Shown in pieces: positions 7,522-17,194 of a DNA stretch of 27,940 nt. Both the position numbers and the translations under genes were made by a program. The stretch is from a virus (Duplodnaviria; Heunggongvirae; Uroviricota; Caudoviricetes), in IMG/VR virus record IMGVR_UViG_2778261462_000004; one strand, given 5' to 3'. Within the stretch, counting starts at the first letter, position 1; every line of letters starts with the position of its first letter. Under the pieces are notes generated by a model. It ran no database searches and was not told the origin of the DNA. It saw only the letters and a program-made list of their open reading frames with translations.

Positions 7522-9291
7522 TTAGTTGAACTCCAGAATAGATTTAGGCTGCATGCCGCTACCGGCGGAAAGCGGTTCGTTTAACAGAGCGTGCATGGTT
7601 GCCCATGCGATATCGGCGTGACTGGCTTCCTCGGTGCGGCTGGCCTCGTAGGTGGCGCTGCGCCCGCTGCTGGTCATGGTTTTGCGGATGGACATAAACG
7701 ACTGCGTGACGTCGGTCGCCCCGGCGTCGTACTCCAGACAGCCGCGGCGAATGGTGTCTTTCGCCTTGAGTACCATCGCGGTTTTCATTTCGGGGGTGTA
7801 ACGGATGCCGCGTGCCGCCGGGTAGAATGAGCGCACCAACTGGAACACGCCGAGACCGAGGCCGGTTGCGTCAATGCCGATGTATTCGACGTTGTATTTC
7901 TCGGTCAGCTTGCGGATGCCCTCTGCCTGTGCGGCAAAGTCCATGCCCTTCCACTGGTGGCGCTCCAGCATGCGGAACTTGCCACCAGAAACCACCGGCG
8001 GCGCGAGCACGACGCACCCGGCGCTGTCGCCAGTGTGTGACGGGTCGTAGCCAATCCAGACGGGGCGAGAGCCGAACGGATGGTCGGCGAACGGGGCGAA
8101 GTCCTCCCATTCTTCCATCACGTCGACCATGCAGCGCTGCAGCTCCTCGAACGGGAATACCGAAGCTTTATCGTCGACAAACTCGCACATAAACAGGTTC
8201 TTAAAGTCCTCATCACTGTTTTCGCGTTTGAGCTGGTCGAGGTCGAACAGGGTGCAGCCACCGGCAAGGGCGTCCTCAATGGTGACAATCTGCCGCCACT
8301 GACCATCGTCGCAGAGCTGACCACCGGCGAGCGCGTCGTGGCTGATGTCGATTTCGATGCGGTCGGCAATACGGCTGCGACCCTTGTTGAACAGTTCGCC
8401 AGACCAGAAGGGGTAAGCGCCGTGCGCCAGCGTGGAAGGTGTCGAAAAGTAGGTTGAGCGCAGGTGCTTCTGCGAGGCCATGCCCGACGCGACTTTGCGC
8501 AGCTTCTGAAAATTCGGGATCCAGAATATTTCATCGACATACAGGTCGCCGTTATGGCTCTGCGCGGTATTGGAGTTGGTACCGAGAAAAATCAGCTTTG
8601 CGCCGTTGTTGCCGATGACAATCGGGTCGCCGGTCAGGTCGACGTCGACCAGTCGCGCAAACTGGATGATGTATTCGCGGAACACGTAAGCCTGAGTTTT
8701 ACTGGCCGACAGAAAGATTTGGTTATGGCCGGTCTTGAGTGCGCGCAGCAGCGCCTCGCGGGAGAAATAGAACGTCGCGCCAATCTGACGGGATTTGAGA
8801 ATGTCGCGAATACGGTGCGCCAGTCCTGCGCGGTACCACTGCAACTGGTACTCGAAAGACTGGTCGAAAAATAATTCTTCCAGTTTTTCGATAGCCTCGT
8901 CGCTGAAAAAGTTCTTTTTTGGCTTCTTACGCTCGCCCTTGTTACGGTTGGCGACATTGGGGTTAAGGTCGACCTCGTTGCCGGTCTGGCTGTAGCGGTT
9001 AACGCGTGCCAGTCGCTCAATCTGCCGCCCGAGCAGGTCAATCTCTTTGAAGTCGCCGCCTGACTTTTGCGGCTTGGCGATGAGCTGAATCAGGCGCGCC
9101 TCAAGGCTGCTTTCAACCCGGGAAATCGGTGCGATGCCGTCCCAGCCGTCGCGCTGCTTCCAGCTCTGCACGGTCGGGCGCTTGACCTGCAGCATTTCGG
9201 CAATCTGTGGCACGGAAAAGCCCTGCCAGTAAAGCAGCGATGCCTGCCGTCGCGGGTCATGCAACAAGGTTGTATCGGTGGAAATGGTCAT
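7522..9291 (-). CDS. P: terminase large (ATPase/nuclease) subunit P (589 aa)
   Basis: Size (P2 gpP ~590 aa) and position divergent from O; long well-behaved ORF. Confidence 0.9.
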   Translation of the reverse strand: MTISTDTTLLHDPRRQASLLYWQGFSVPQIAEMLQVKRPTVQSWKQRDGWDGIAPISRVESSLEARLIQLIAKPQKSGGDFKEIDLLGRQIERLARVNRYSQTGNEVDLNPNVANRNKGERKKPKKNFFSDEAIEKLEELFFDQSFEYQLQWYRAGLAHRIRDILKSRQIGATFYFSREALLRALKTGHNQIFLSASKTQAYVFREYIIQFARLVDVDLTGDPIVIGNNGAKLIFLGTNSNTAQSHNGDLYVDEIFWIPNFQKLRKVASGMASQKHLRSTYFSTPSTLAHGAYPFWSGELFNKGRSRIADRIEIDISHDALAGGQLCDDGQWRQIVTIEDALAGGCTLFDLDQLKRENSDEDFKNLFMCEFVDDKASVFPFEELQRCMVDVMEEWEDFAPFADHPFGSRPVWIGYDPSHTGDSAGCVVLAPPVVSGGKFRMLERHQWKGMDFAAQAEGIRKLTEKYNVEYIGIDATGLGLGVFQLVRSFYPAARGIRYTPEMKTAMVLKAKDTIRRGCLEYDAGATDVTQSFMSIRKTMTSSGRSATYEASRTEEASHADIAWATMHALLNEPLSAGSGMQPKSILEFN

Positions 9292-9456
9292 TGATGCCTC
9301 GCCGTAGTGGATTCAGGGCAAGGCTACTTAATGGCCGTCAGTGATTCGCTAAGGTGCTGTTGTGTGGGCGGTTGTCCAGTCGTCATTGGTGGTCTGGCGT
9401 GTCCTGAGTCTGGAAACTGGCGTTGACCAGTAACCCCAACCTCAGGACTCCTGACA
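9292..9456. promoter_or_regulatory. divergent late promoter region (P operon leftward, O operon rightward)
   Basis: 165-bp intergenic region between divergent P and O starts; no exact TGT-N12-ACA dyad found by eye. Confidence 0.4.
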
Positions 9457-10311
9457 ATGGCAAAAAAAGTCTCAAAGTTCTTTCGCATCGGCGTCGAGGG
9501 TGATACCTGCGACGGGCGTATTATCAGCGCCAGCGATATTCAGGAAATGGCCGAAACCTACGACCCGCGCGTCTACGGTTGCCGTATCAACCTCGAACAC
9601 CTGCGCGGCCTGCTGCCCGATGGCATATTCAAGCGTTATGGCGATGTGGTCGAGCTGAAAGCCGAGAAGATTGACGACGATTCTGCGCTTAACGGCAAAT
9701 GGGCGTTGTTCGCTAAAATCACCCCTACCGATGACCTTATCGCGATGAATAAAGCCGCGCAGAAGGTCTACACCTCAATGGAAATTCAGCCGAATTTTGC
9801 CAATACCGGCAAATGCTACCTCGTCGGCCTTGCAGTAACTGATGACCCGGCGAGCCTCGGCACTGAATACCTCGAATTCTGCCGCAACGCGAAGCACAAC
9901 CCTCTGCAGCGCTTTAAGGCTAACCCTGAAAACGTCTTTTCCGCCGCCACGCTGGCCGAGCTGGAATTTGAAGACGTTCCCGACACGGTGCTCAACAGCC
10001 TTGCCGATAAGGTGAAAGCCATTTTCAGCCGTAAGCAGGTCAGCGACGATGCGCGCCTGAATGATGTGCATGAGGCGGTGACCACCGTCAGCGAACATGT
10101 GCAGACCAACCTGACCAAACAGGACGAGCGCCTTTCCGCTATGGAAACCGCGTTTGCCACTTTCAAACAGGAACTGACCGGCAAGGTTGAAGAAACCAGC
10201 CAGGCATTTTCCGCCCTGAAAACCACCCTCGACAAAACCGAAAGTTTCAGCCAGCCGCGACGCACGAAAGCCAGCGGCGGTGGTGGCGATGAGCTGCTGA
10301 CTGACTGCTGA
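9457..10311 (+). CDS. O: capsid scaffold protein O (284 aa)
   Basis: N-terminus MAKKVSKFFRIGVEGDTCDGR..SDIQEMAETYDPRVYGCRINLEHLRG matches P2 gpO as recalled; identical length. Confidence 0.93.
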   Translation: MAKKVSKFFRIGVEGDTCDGRIISASDIQEMAETYDPRVYGCRINLEHLRGLLPDGIFKRYGDVVELKAEKIDDDSALNGKWALFAKITPTDDLIAMNKAAQKVYTSMEIQPNFANTGKCYLVGLAVTDDPASLGTEYLEFCRNAKHNPLQRFKANPENVFSAATLAELEFEDVPDTVLNSLADKVKAIFSRKQVSDDARLNDVHEAVTTVSEHVQTNLTKQDERLSAMETAFATFKQELTGKVEETSQAFSALKTTLDKTESFSQPRRTKASGGGGDELLTDC

Positions 10312-10386
10312 TAAACCGCAGGCCGAAACCGGGCGGCAACCCCGCCCGATGCTGTGACTAACCGATTAATTCAAACAGGAAATACT

Positions 10387-11454
10387 ATGCGTCAGGAAAC
10401 CCGTTTTAAGTTCAATGCCTATCTGACCCAGCTCGCCAAACTGAACGGCATCAGCGTTGATGACGTCAGCAAAAAATTCACCGTCGAGCCGTCCGTCACC
10501 CAAACGCTGATGAACACCGTGCAGGCGTCATCCGCGTTTCTGCAGACGATTAACATTCTGCCGGTCGCAGAAATGAAGGGCGAGAAAATCGGCGTCGGTG
10601 TGACCGGCACCATCGCCAGCACGACCGACACCTCGGGCGACAAGGAGCGCCAGACCGCAGATTTCACCGCGCTTGAGTCCAACAAGTACGAGTGCAATCA
10701 GATTAACTTTGACTTCCATCTGAACTACAAACGCCTTGACCTGTGGGCGCGTTTTCAGGACTTCCAGCGCCGCATCCGCGACGCCATCGTCCAGCGTCAG
10801 GCGCTCGATTTCATCATGGCCGGGTTCAACGGTACCACCCGCGCTGATACCTCAGACCGCAGCAAAAACCCGATGCTGCAGGATGTGGCCGTCGGCTGGT
10901 TGCAGAAATACCGCAACGAAGCACCGGCACGCGTGATGAGCAACATCACCGACGCTGACGGTAAGGTCGTTTCGGCTGTGATTCGCGTCGGTAAGAACGG
11001 CGATTATGAGAACCTCGACGCGCTGGTGATGGACGGTACCAACACCCTGATTGACGAGATTTATCAGGATGACCCGAAACTCGTTGCCATCGTTGGCCGT
11101 AAGCTGCTGGCTGACAAATATTTCCCGCTGGTCAACAAACAGCAGGAAAACACCGAGTCGCTCGCGGCGGATATCATCATCAGCCAGAAGCGCATCGGCA
11201 ATCTGCCAGCCGTGCGCGTGCCGTACTTCCCGGCGAATGCGGTATTCGTGACCACGCTGGAAAACCTCTCTATCTACTTCATGGATGAGAGTCACCGCCG
11301 CAGCATTGATGAGAACCCGAAAAAAGACCGCGTGGAAAACTACGAGTCGATGAACATCGACTATGTGGTCGAGGCGTATGCCGCCGGGTGCCTGCTGGAA
11401 AACATCACCCTGGGCGATTTCACCGCACCTGCAGCACCGGAAAGCGGAGAGTAA
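10387..11454 (+). CDS. N: major capsid protein N (355 aa from ATG 10387; ORF track begins at 10354)
   Basis: AGGAA upstream of ATG 10387; MRQETRFKFNAYL.. N-terminus as in P2 gpN. Confidence 0.93.
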   Translation: MRQETRFKFNAYLTQLAKLNGISVDDVSKKFTVEPSVTQTLMNTVQASSAFLQTINILPVAEMKGEKIGVGVTGTIASTTDTSGDKERQTADFTALESNKYECNQINFDFHLNYKRLDLWARFQDFQRRIRDAIVQRQALDFIMAGFNGTTRADTSDRSKNPMLQDVAVGWLQKYRNEAPARVMSNITDADGKVVSAVIRVGKNGDYENLDALVMDGTNTLIDEIYQDDPKLVAIVGRKLLADKYFPLVNKQQENTESLAADIIISQKRIGNLPAVRVPYFPANAVFVTTLENLSIYFMDESHRRSIDENPKKDRVENYESMNIDYVVEAYAAGCLLENITLGDFTAPAAPESGE

Positions 11455-11458
11455 GCCC

Positions 11459-12208
11459 ATGACGAGCCCCGCACAGCGTCACATGATGCGGGTCTCGGCC
11501 TCTCAAGCCGCGCAGCGGGAACAAGCCCCGCTGCGCCACGCAACCGCCTACGAGCAGATGCTGGTAAAGCTGGCCGATGACCGCCGCACGTTAAAAACCA
11601 TTCGTTCAAACGAACTGAAAGCCGCGAAAAAGCGCGAGCTGCTGCCGTTCTATGCGCCGTGGGTTGCCGGTGTGCTGGCTGATGGCCGTGGCGCACAGGA
11701 TGACATTCTGATGACCGTCATGCTGTGGCGTCTCGATGCCGGTGACGTTGCTGGCGCGCTGGAAATTGCCCCCTACGCGCTGAAATACGGCCTCACCTCA
11801 GACCATCGCCGTACCACGCCTTACATGCTGGTTGAGGAGGTGGCGCTTGCGGCACTACGCCTGCGCGATGCCGGTGAGCCTGTCGACCTCGCATTACTCC
11901 TGACCACCCTCAGCCTGACCGACGGTGCTGACGTTCCCGATATGGTGCGCGCCCGTCTGCATAAGGTGACCGGCCTGACCCTGCGCGATGCCGGTCAGAA
12001 CGCCGAGGCGCTGGCGCAGTTTCAGCGCGCGATGCAGCTCGACCGCAACGCCGGTGTGCGTAAAGAGATTGAGCGACTGGAGCGGGCATTGAAGCCAAAG
12101 CCTGAGGCAGCACCCCGTAAAACGACTAAACCGCGCACGCGCAAACCTGCCGCCAGACCGGCGGCAAAGCGCGGGCGTCCACCAAAGGCGGTAAAAACCG
12201 CCGGTTAA
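11459..12208 (+). CDS. M: terminase small subunit M (249 aa from ATG 11459)
   Basis: MTSPAQRHMMRVSA..NELKAAKKRELLPFYAPWV..GVLADGRGAQDD..MTVMLWRLD as recalled for P2 gpM; starts 4 nt after N stop; basic C-terminal tail. Confidence 0.88.
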   Translation: MTSPAQRHMMRVSASQAAQREQAPLRHATAYEQMLVKLADDRRTLKTIRSNELKAAKKRELLPFYAPWVAGVLADGRGAQDDILMTVMLWRLDAGDVAGALEIAPYALKYGLTSDHRRTTPYMLVEEVALAALRLRDAGEPVDLALLLTTLSLTDGADVPDMVRARLHKVTGLTLRDAGQNAEALAQFQRAMQLDRNAGVRKEIERLERALKPKPEAAPRKTTKPRTRKPAARPAAKRGRPPKAVKTAG

Positions 12209-12301
12209 CTGAACGCTCCCCGAGCCGGGCGGCACGCCGGTCAAAGCGGGTTTTGACCCTGACGGCGACCGGCGTCCACCGCCCAACCTAATGAGGTTGT
12301 C

Positions 12302-12811
12302 ATGACGACAGTAATACTGAATCAGCCCGACGAACCGCAGGACGTACCGGGCGTGGTGATTCCCGCACCGGAGACGGTCGACGCAGTGATTAAAAATACG
12401 TTCTTTTTTCCTGATGTGGATCCGAAGCGCGTGCGCGAGCTGATGCGCCTTGAGCAGACGGTTTCCGATGCGCGTCTGCGTAACGCCATCAAGACCGGCA
12501 TGGCGGAAACCAATGCGGAGCTTTACGACTACCGGCTGCGCCAGATTGCCGCAGGGTTTAAGCAACTGGTCGACGTGCCTGACGCTGAGGAAATCGACGG
12601 CGAGAATGTGCGCGTTTTCCACTATCTCAGCGCCGTGACGGCGATGGCGACAGCCACCCTGTATGAGCGCTATCGCGGCGTTGAGGCTACCGGCAAGGGT
12701 GACAAAAAAGCCGACAGCGTCGAAACCACCATTGATGACCTGTGGCGGGATATGCGCTGGTCGGTCTCGCGCCTGCAGGATAAGCCGCGCTGCATCGTGG
12801 GTCAGCTCTGA
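12302..12811 (+). CDS. L: head completion/stabilisation protein L (169 aa)
   Basis: Same length as P2 gpL; GAGG upstream; position after M. Confidence 0.88.
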   Translation: MTTVILNQPDEPQDVPGVVIPAPETVDAVIKNTFFFPDVDPKRVRELMRLEQTVSDARLRNAIKTGMAETNAELYDYRLRQIAAGFKQLVDVPDAEEIDGENVRVFHYLSAVTAMATATLYERYRGVEATGKGDKKADSVETTIDDLWRDMRWSVSRLQDKPRCIVGQL

Positions 12812-13014
12812 TGAAAGTCTACGCGATGCAGGGCGACACCCTCGACGCGCTTTGCGCCCGGCATTACGGGCGCACTGAGGGCGTGGTCGAGACGGTGCTG
12901 CAGGCTAATCCCGGTCTGTCTGAGCTGGGCGTCATTCTGCCGCATGGCACGGCGATTGACCTGCCCGACGTGGCATCGTCACCCGTAACAGAAACTATCA
13001 ACCTTTGGGAGTAA
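12811..13014 (+). CDS. X: tail protein X (67 aa)
   Basis: TGATG overlap with L stop; 67 aa as P2 gpX. Confidence 0.85.
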   Translation: MKVYAMQGDTLDALCARHYGRTEGVVETVLQANPGLSELGVILPHGTAIDLPDVASSPVTETINLWE

Positions 13015-13017
13015 ACC

Positions 13018-13314
13018 ATGACAGAAGGGGAAAAAGGCGTCCTGTCACTGTTTGTGATTGGCGTGATGATTGTTGTCGGAAAAGTGCTGGCAGGTGGTGA
13101 GCCCATCACCCCACGCCTGTTTGTCGGGCGCATGCTGCTCGGCGGTTTTGTCTCTATGGTCGCTGGTGTCGTTCTGGTGCAGTTTCCAGATATGTCACTG
13201 CCTGCCGTTTGTGGGATTGGATCCATGCTCGGCATTGCAGGTTATCAGGTGGTGGAAATCGCCATTCAGCGCCGCTTTAAGTCACAACAGGGGGATAGCG
13301 ATGCCGGTCATTAA
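13018..13314 (+). CDS. Y: holin Y
   Basis: GGGAG RBS; two or more hydrophobic helices (LSLFVIGVMIVVGKVLAG / LLGGFVSMVAGVVLVQF) and charged C-terminus; matches P2 holin as recalled. Confidence 0.88.
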   Translation: MTEGEKGVLSLFVIGVMIVVGKVLAGGEPITPRLFVGRMLLGGFVSMVAGVVLVQFPDMSLPAVCGIGSMLGIAGYQVVEIAIQRRFKSQQGDSDAGH

Positions 13315-13798
13315 TACTCACCAGAATATCGCCGCATTTCTGGACATGCTGGCCTATTCAGAAGGGACGGCGACGCATCCGCTGACGAAAAATCGTGGTT
13401 ACGACGTCATTGTCACAGGCATTGATGGCAAGCCGGAAATTTTCACCGACTACACCGACCACCCTTTCGCACATGGCAGACCAGCGAAAGTGTTTAATCG
13501 ACGCGGCGAAAAATCCACGGCATCAGGGCGTTACCAGCAGCTTTATCTCTACTGGCCGCACTATCAGAAACAGCTCGCATTGCCTGATTTCAGCCCGTTG
13601 TCGCAGGACAAACTTGCGATTCAGTTAATCCGTGAGCGCGGTGCCATTGAGGATATTAAGGCGGGGCGTATTGAGCGAGCAATTTCACGTTGCCGCAATA
13701 TCTGGGCGTCGCTGCCGGGTGCAGGTTACGGCCAGCGTGAGCACAGCCTCGACAAGCTGGTCACTGTGTGGCGCACGGCTGGCGGGGTGATGGCATGA
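13301..13798 (+). CDS. K: endolysin K (phage lysozyme), 165 aa from ATG 13301
   Basis: MPVINTHQNIAAFLDMLAYSEGT..NRGYDVIVTG.. N-terminus as recalled for P2 gpK; GGGGGA RBS; overlaps holin end. Confidence 0.9.
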   Translation: MPVINTHQNIAAFLDMLAYSEGTATHPLTKNRGYDVIVTGIDGKPEIFTDYTDHPFAHGRPAKVFNRRGEKSTASGRYQQLYLYWPHYQKQLALPDFSPLSQDKLAIQLIRERGAIEDIKAGRIERAISRCRNIWASLPGAGYGQREHSLDKLVTVWRTAGGVMA

Positions 13799-14208
13799 AA
13801 ATTCTGATAACGCTGCTGGTGCTGGCCGTGCTCGGGCTGCTGTGGTTGCGCCATGATAACGGCAATTTATCCCGCTCCTTTGAGACAGCAAACCGCGTCG
13901 CGAGCGAGCAAAAGACGACGATTGGCATGCTGAAAAATCAGCTCAGTGTTGCTGGTCAGCTCGCCAGACGTAATGAATCCGCGCAGGTGGCGCTGCGCGA
14001 ACAGCTCGAAAAGGCAAGCGCAGAGGCCAGCCGCCGTGAGCAGACGATAACGAGGTTACTTAATGAAAATGAAGCCTTTCGCCGCTGGTATAACGCTGCT
14101 CTGCCTGACGTTGTGCGTCGGCTGCACACCCGCACCGCCTGCGCCAGCGCCGGTGATTGTGGTCAGCGGATGCCCGAGGGTGAGCCTTTGCCCGATGCCG
14201 GGAAGTGA
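13795..14208 (+). CDS. lysB: i-spanin (LysB/Rz-like): N-terminal TM anchor plus periplasmic coiled coil
   Basis: MKILITLLVLAVLGLLWL TM segment then charged/helical region; contains the start of the o-spanin ORF in the +1 frame. Confidence 0.75.
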   Translation: MKILITLLVLAVLGLLWLRHDNGNLSRSFETANRVASEQKTTIGMLKNQLSVAGQLARRNESAQVALREQLEKASAEASRREQTITRLLNENEAFRRWYNAALPDVVRRLHTRTACASAGDCGQRMPEGEPLPDAGK

Positions 14209-14353
14209 CCCGAAAACCAATGGTGACCTGAGCGCAGATATCCGCCGCCTTGAGGGCGCGCTGACCGCCTGCGCGCTGCAGGTCAAAACCGTCAAACACT
14301 GTCAGGATGAACTCGATGCAGAAGCACAAAAGCCTGCGCAAAGCGCTGATTAA
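14063..14353 (+). CDS. lysC: o-spanin (LysC/Rz1-like) lipoprotein, overlapped with lysB in +1 frame
   Basis: Signal-like N-terminus with LTLCVGC lipobox-like site followed by proline-rich CTPAPPAPAPV; starts inside lysB and runs past its stop. Confidence 0.7.
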   Translation: MKMKPFAAGITLLCLTLCVGCTPAPPAPAPVIVVSGCPRVSLCPMPGSDPKTNGDLSADIRRLEGALTACALQVKTVKHCQDELDAEAQKPAQSAD

Positions 14354-14783
14354 CGCCGTGCCGCAGCTCCGAAATAACCCCGATATGCTGCGCCTTTTTG
14401 CCGACAACGGCCATACCGATTCCCGACTGGCGAGCTCGTTGTCGTTTGAAAAGGTGTATGTGCTGAACGTGGTGGTGACCGACTTTACCGGCGACCTTGA
14501 TTTGATATTCGTGCCGGTGCAGGCGTGGCTGCGTGAACATCAACCGGACATTATGACCACCGACGACGGGCGGGAAAAAGGATTCGCCTGGATTATTGAT
14601 ATCAATAACGACGATTCGCTCGATATCAGTATCAGCCTGAGGCTCACCGAGCGCACGCTCGTCAAAGAGGTCGACGGCGCGCTGCATGTCAGTTATGCGC
14701 CAGAGCCGCCACTGCCTGAGCTGGTGACGCGCCCGGTTGCTATGTATGCAAACGGTGAATTAGTGAGCCAGTGGGATGAGTGA
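14316..14783 (+). CDS. R: tail completion protein R (155 aa from ATG 14316; alternative ATG 14307)
   Basis: ..NPDMLRLFADNG..LSFEKVYVLNVVVTDFTGD..PVQAWLREHQPDIMTTD..NGELVSQWDE as recalled for P2 gpR. Confidence 0.85.
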   Translation: MQKHKSLRKALINAVPQLRNNPDMLRLFADNGHTDSRLASSLSFEKVYVLNVVVTDFTGDLDLIFVPVQAWLREHQPDIMTTDDGREKGFAWIIDINNDDSLDISISLRLTERTLVKEVDGALHVSYAPEPPLPELVTRPVAMYANGELVSQWDE

Positions 14784-15225
14784 ATTAACCGCGCTACAGG
14801 AGCGCCTCGCCGGTCTGATTGCCAGCCTGTCACCGGCGGCACGTCGCCAAATGGCGGCTGAGATTGCGAAAAAGCTGCGCACCAGTCAGCAACAGCGCAT
14901 CAAGCGACAGCAGGCACCCGACGGCACCCCGTATGCCGCGCGAAAGCGCCAGCCGGTACGGAGTAAGAAAGGCCGTATTAAGCGCGAAATGTTCGCCAAA
15001 CTGCGCACCAACCGCTTTATGAAAGCCAAAGGCAGCGACAGTGCGGCGGTGGTGGAGTTTACCGGCAAGGTGCAGCGCATGGCGCGGGTGCATCAGTACG
15101 GCCTAAAAGACCGGCCAAACCGCAACAGCCGGGATGTGCAGTACGAGGCGCGCCCGTTGCTCGGTTTCACCCGCGACGATGAGCAGATGATTGAAGACGT
15201 CATTATCAGACACCTCGGCAAATAA
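14776..15225 (+). CDS. S: tail completion protein S (149 aa)
   Basis: Overlaps R stop; size as P2 gpS (150 aa). Confidence 0.85.
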   Translation: MSELTALQERLAGLIASLSPAARRQMAAEIAKKLRTSQQQRIKRQQAPDGTPYAARKRQPVRSKKGRIKREMFAKLRTNRFMKAKGSDSAAVVEFTGKVQRMARVHQYGLKDRPNRNSRDVQYEARPLLGFTRDDEQMIEDVIIRHLGK

Positions 15226-15293
15226 CTATTGTGTGAACCACCACCGGAGCCGCGCGAATTGGCGCGGTTCCAGACCAGAGGCATCCTTGCACT

Positions 15294-15935
15294 ATGAATA
15301 CGTTATCCACGATACAGGAGCTCGCGCGCGCGATTCGCAACCTCATCCGCTCAGGTGTGGTGACGGAGGTCGACACCGTGCAGGGGCTGTGCCGCGTACA
15401 AAGCGGCGGGATCCAGACGACATGGCTGAACTGGCTGACCACCCGCGCCGGTCGCTCGCGGACGTGGTGGGCTCCTTCGGTCGGTGAGCAGGTTCTGCTG
15501 CTGGCAATAGGTGGCGAGCTTGATACCGCTTTCGTGCTGCCGGGGATTTTCTCCGACGATAACCCCGCCCCGTCTGCCTCGGCGGATGCGTGGCATGTGG
15601 TTTTCCCTGATGGCGCGGTCATTGAGTACGAGCCCGAGACCAGTGCGCTGACGGTCAGCGGCATCAAAACGGCCGACGTGACGGCATCGGAGTCCATCAC
15701 CGCAACCGTGCCGCTGGTACTGGTGAAAGCCTCGACCAGTATCACCCTCGACACCCCAGAGGTGATTTGCACCAACAAGCTGACGACGGCGACGCTTGAG
15801 GTGCAGAAAGGCGGGAAGATGAGCGGCAATATCGAGCATTCCGGCGGGAAATTAACCTCTAACGGTGTGCAGGTTGATGACCATGACCACGGAAATGTGC
15901 AGAGCGGCGGGAGCTGGACGAAGGGGATTCAATGA
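15294..15935 (+). CDS. V: baseplate spike protein V (213 aa)
   Basis: Size and position as P2 gpV; first gene after a 68-bp intergenic late-promoter region. Confidence 0.88.
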   Translation: MNTLSTIQELARAIRNLIRSGVVTEVDTVQGLCRVQSGGIQTTWLNWLTTRAGRSRTWWAPSVGEQVLLLAIGGELDTAFVLPGIFSDDNPAPSASADAWHVVFPDGAVIEYEPETSALTVSGIKTADVTASESITATVPLVLVKASTSITLDTPEVICTNKLTTATLEVQKGGKMSGNIEHSGGKLTSNGVQVDDHDHGNVQSGGSWTKGIQ

Positions 15936-16279
15936 CGGCGCGCTATCAGGGTATGAACCGCAATACCGGGCTCGGCATCAGCGACTCTGAGCACATCAGC
16001 CAGAGCATGCGCGATATTCTGCTGACGCCGGTCGGCTCGCGGGTAATGCGTCGTGAATATGGCTCTCTACTGTCTGCGCTGATTGATATGCCGCAAAATC
16101 CGGCGCTCAGGCTGCAAATCATGGTGGCGTGTTATTCGGCTATCCAGAAGTGGGAGCCGCGCATCAGGCTTACCGCCATCAGCTTTGAGACCGGCGACGC
16201 TGGCGAGATGTATGTCGATATTACCGGGATGCGTACCGATACCGGTGCGTCAGTTTCAACCACTGTTTCACTGAGTTAA
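15932..16279 (+). CDS. W: baseplate wedge protein W (gp25-like), 115 aa
   Basis: ATGA overlap with V; identical length to P2 gpW. Confidence 0.88.
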   Translation: MTARYQGMNRNTGLGISDSEHISQSMRDILLTPVGSRVMRREYGSLLSALIDMPQNPALRLQIMVACYSAIQKWEPRIRLTAISFETGDAGEMYVDITGMRTDTGASVSTTVSLS

Positions 16280-16285
16280 ATCACT

Positions 16286-17194
16286 ATGGCAACCGTTGAC
16301 CTGAGTCAGTTACCCGTTCCCGACGTGGTTGAGGAACTGGACTATGAAACCATCCTTGCAGAACGCAAAGCGATACTGATTTCGCTTTATCCCGAAGACC
16401 AGCAGGAGGCCATTGCCCGGACGCTGGCACTTGAGTCGGAGCCGATTGTTAAGCTGCTGCAGGAAAACGCCTACCGAGAAGTTATCTGGCGTCAGCGGGT
16501 GAACGAAGCCGCGCAGGCGATAACGCTGGCCTATTCCGCCGGTAATGACCTCGAAGTCGTAGCCGGGAACAACAATACCGAACGCCTGACCATCACCCCG
16601 GCTGATGACACCACCATCCCGCCGACGCCTGCCGTTATGGAATCCGATACCGACCTGCGTCTGCGCACGCAACAGGCGTTTGAGGGCTTGAGCGTGGCGG
16701 GGCCGGTCGGGGCATATGAGTATCACGGTCGCAGCGCCGACGGGCGGGTCGCTGACGTTTCGGTCGCAAGCCCGTCGCCAGCCTGCGTGACGATTACCGT
16801 GCTATCCCGCGAGGATGACGGCACCGCCAGCCCTGAGTTACTGGCAATCGTTGAAAAGGCGCTGAATGCCGAGGATGTGCGCCCGGTGGCCGACCGGGTG
16901 ACTGTCCAGTCAGCCGAGATTGTGCCGTACAAGATTGACGCGACGCTCTACGTTTACCCCGGCCCCGAATCTGAACCCATCAGGCAGGCATCAGAGCAGA
17001 AGCTGCAGAGCTACATCAGCGCGCAGCACCGCCTCGGGCGTGATATCCGCCTGTCAGCCATTTATGCGGCGCTGCATGTCGAAGGTGTGCAACGTGTTGA
17101 GCTGGCATCACCGCAGGCCGATATTGTGCTGAGTAAGTCGCAGGCGTCGAACTGTACCGATTACCAGATAACTATCGGGGGCTCGGATGAGTGA
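16286..17194 (+). CDS. J: baseplate protein J (302 aa)
   Basis: Identical length to P2 gpJ; position. Confidence 0.88.
   Translation: MATVDLSQLPVPDVVEELDYETILAERKAILISLYPEDQQEAIARTLALESEPIVKLLQENAYREVIWRQRVNEAAQAITLAYSAGNDLEVVAGNNNTERLTITPADDTTIPPTPAVMESDTDLRLRTQQAFEGLSVAGPVGAYEYHGRSADGRVADVSVASPSPACVTITVLSREDDGTASPELLAIVEKALNAEDVRPVADRVTVQSAEIVPYKIDATLYVYPGPESEPIRQASEQKLQSYISAQHRLGRDIRLSAIYAALHVEGVQRVELASPQADIVLSKSQASNCTDYQITIGGSDE

Noticed and set aside
9292-9456. Ogr-type late-promoter dyad (TGT-N12-ACA) upstream of O/P, V and FI
   Set aside because: I could not find an exact TGT-N12-ACA element by eye in 9292-9456, 15226-15293 or 19552-19634, so I annotate only the intergenic region and make no specific site call.
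12239-12258. Inverted repeat GGTCAAA-gcggg-TTTGACC between M and L
   Set aside because: No T-tract, so not a terminator; could be incidental or an mRNA structure; too weak to call as a feature.
11894-12622. 242-aa minus-strand ORF spanning the M/L junction
   Set aside because: Antisense to two confident late genes and crosses their intergenic hairpin; no independent support.
15206-15829. 207-aa and 162-aa minus-strand ORFs antisense to V
   Set aside because: Embedded in baseplate gene V; shadow ORFs.
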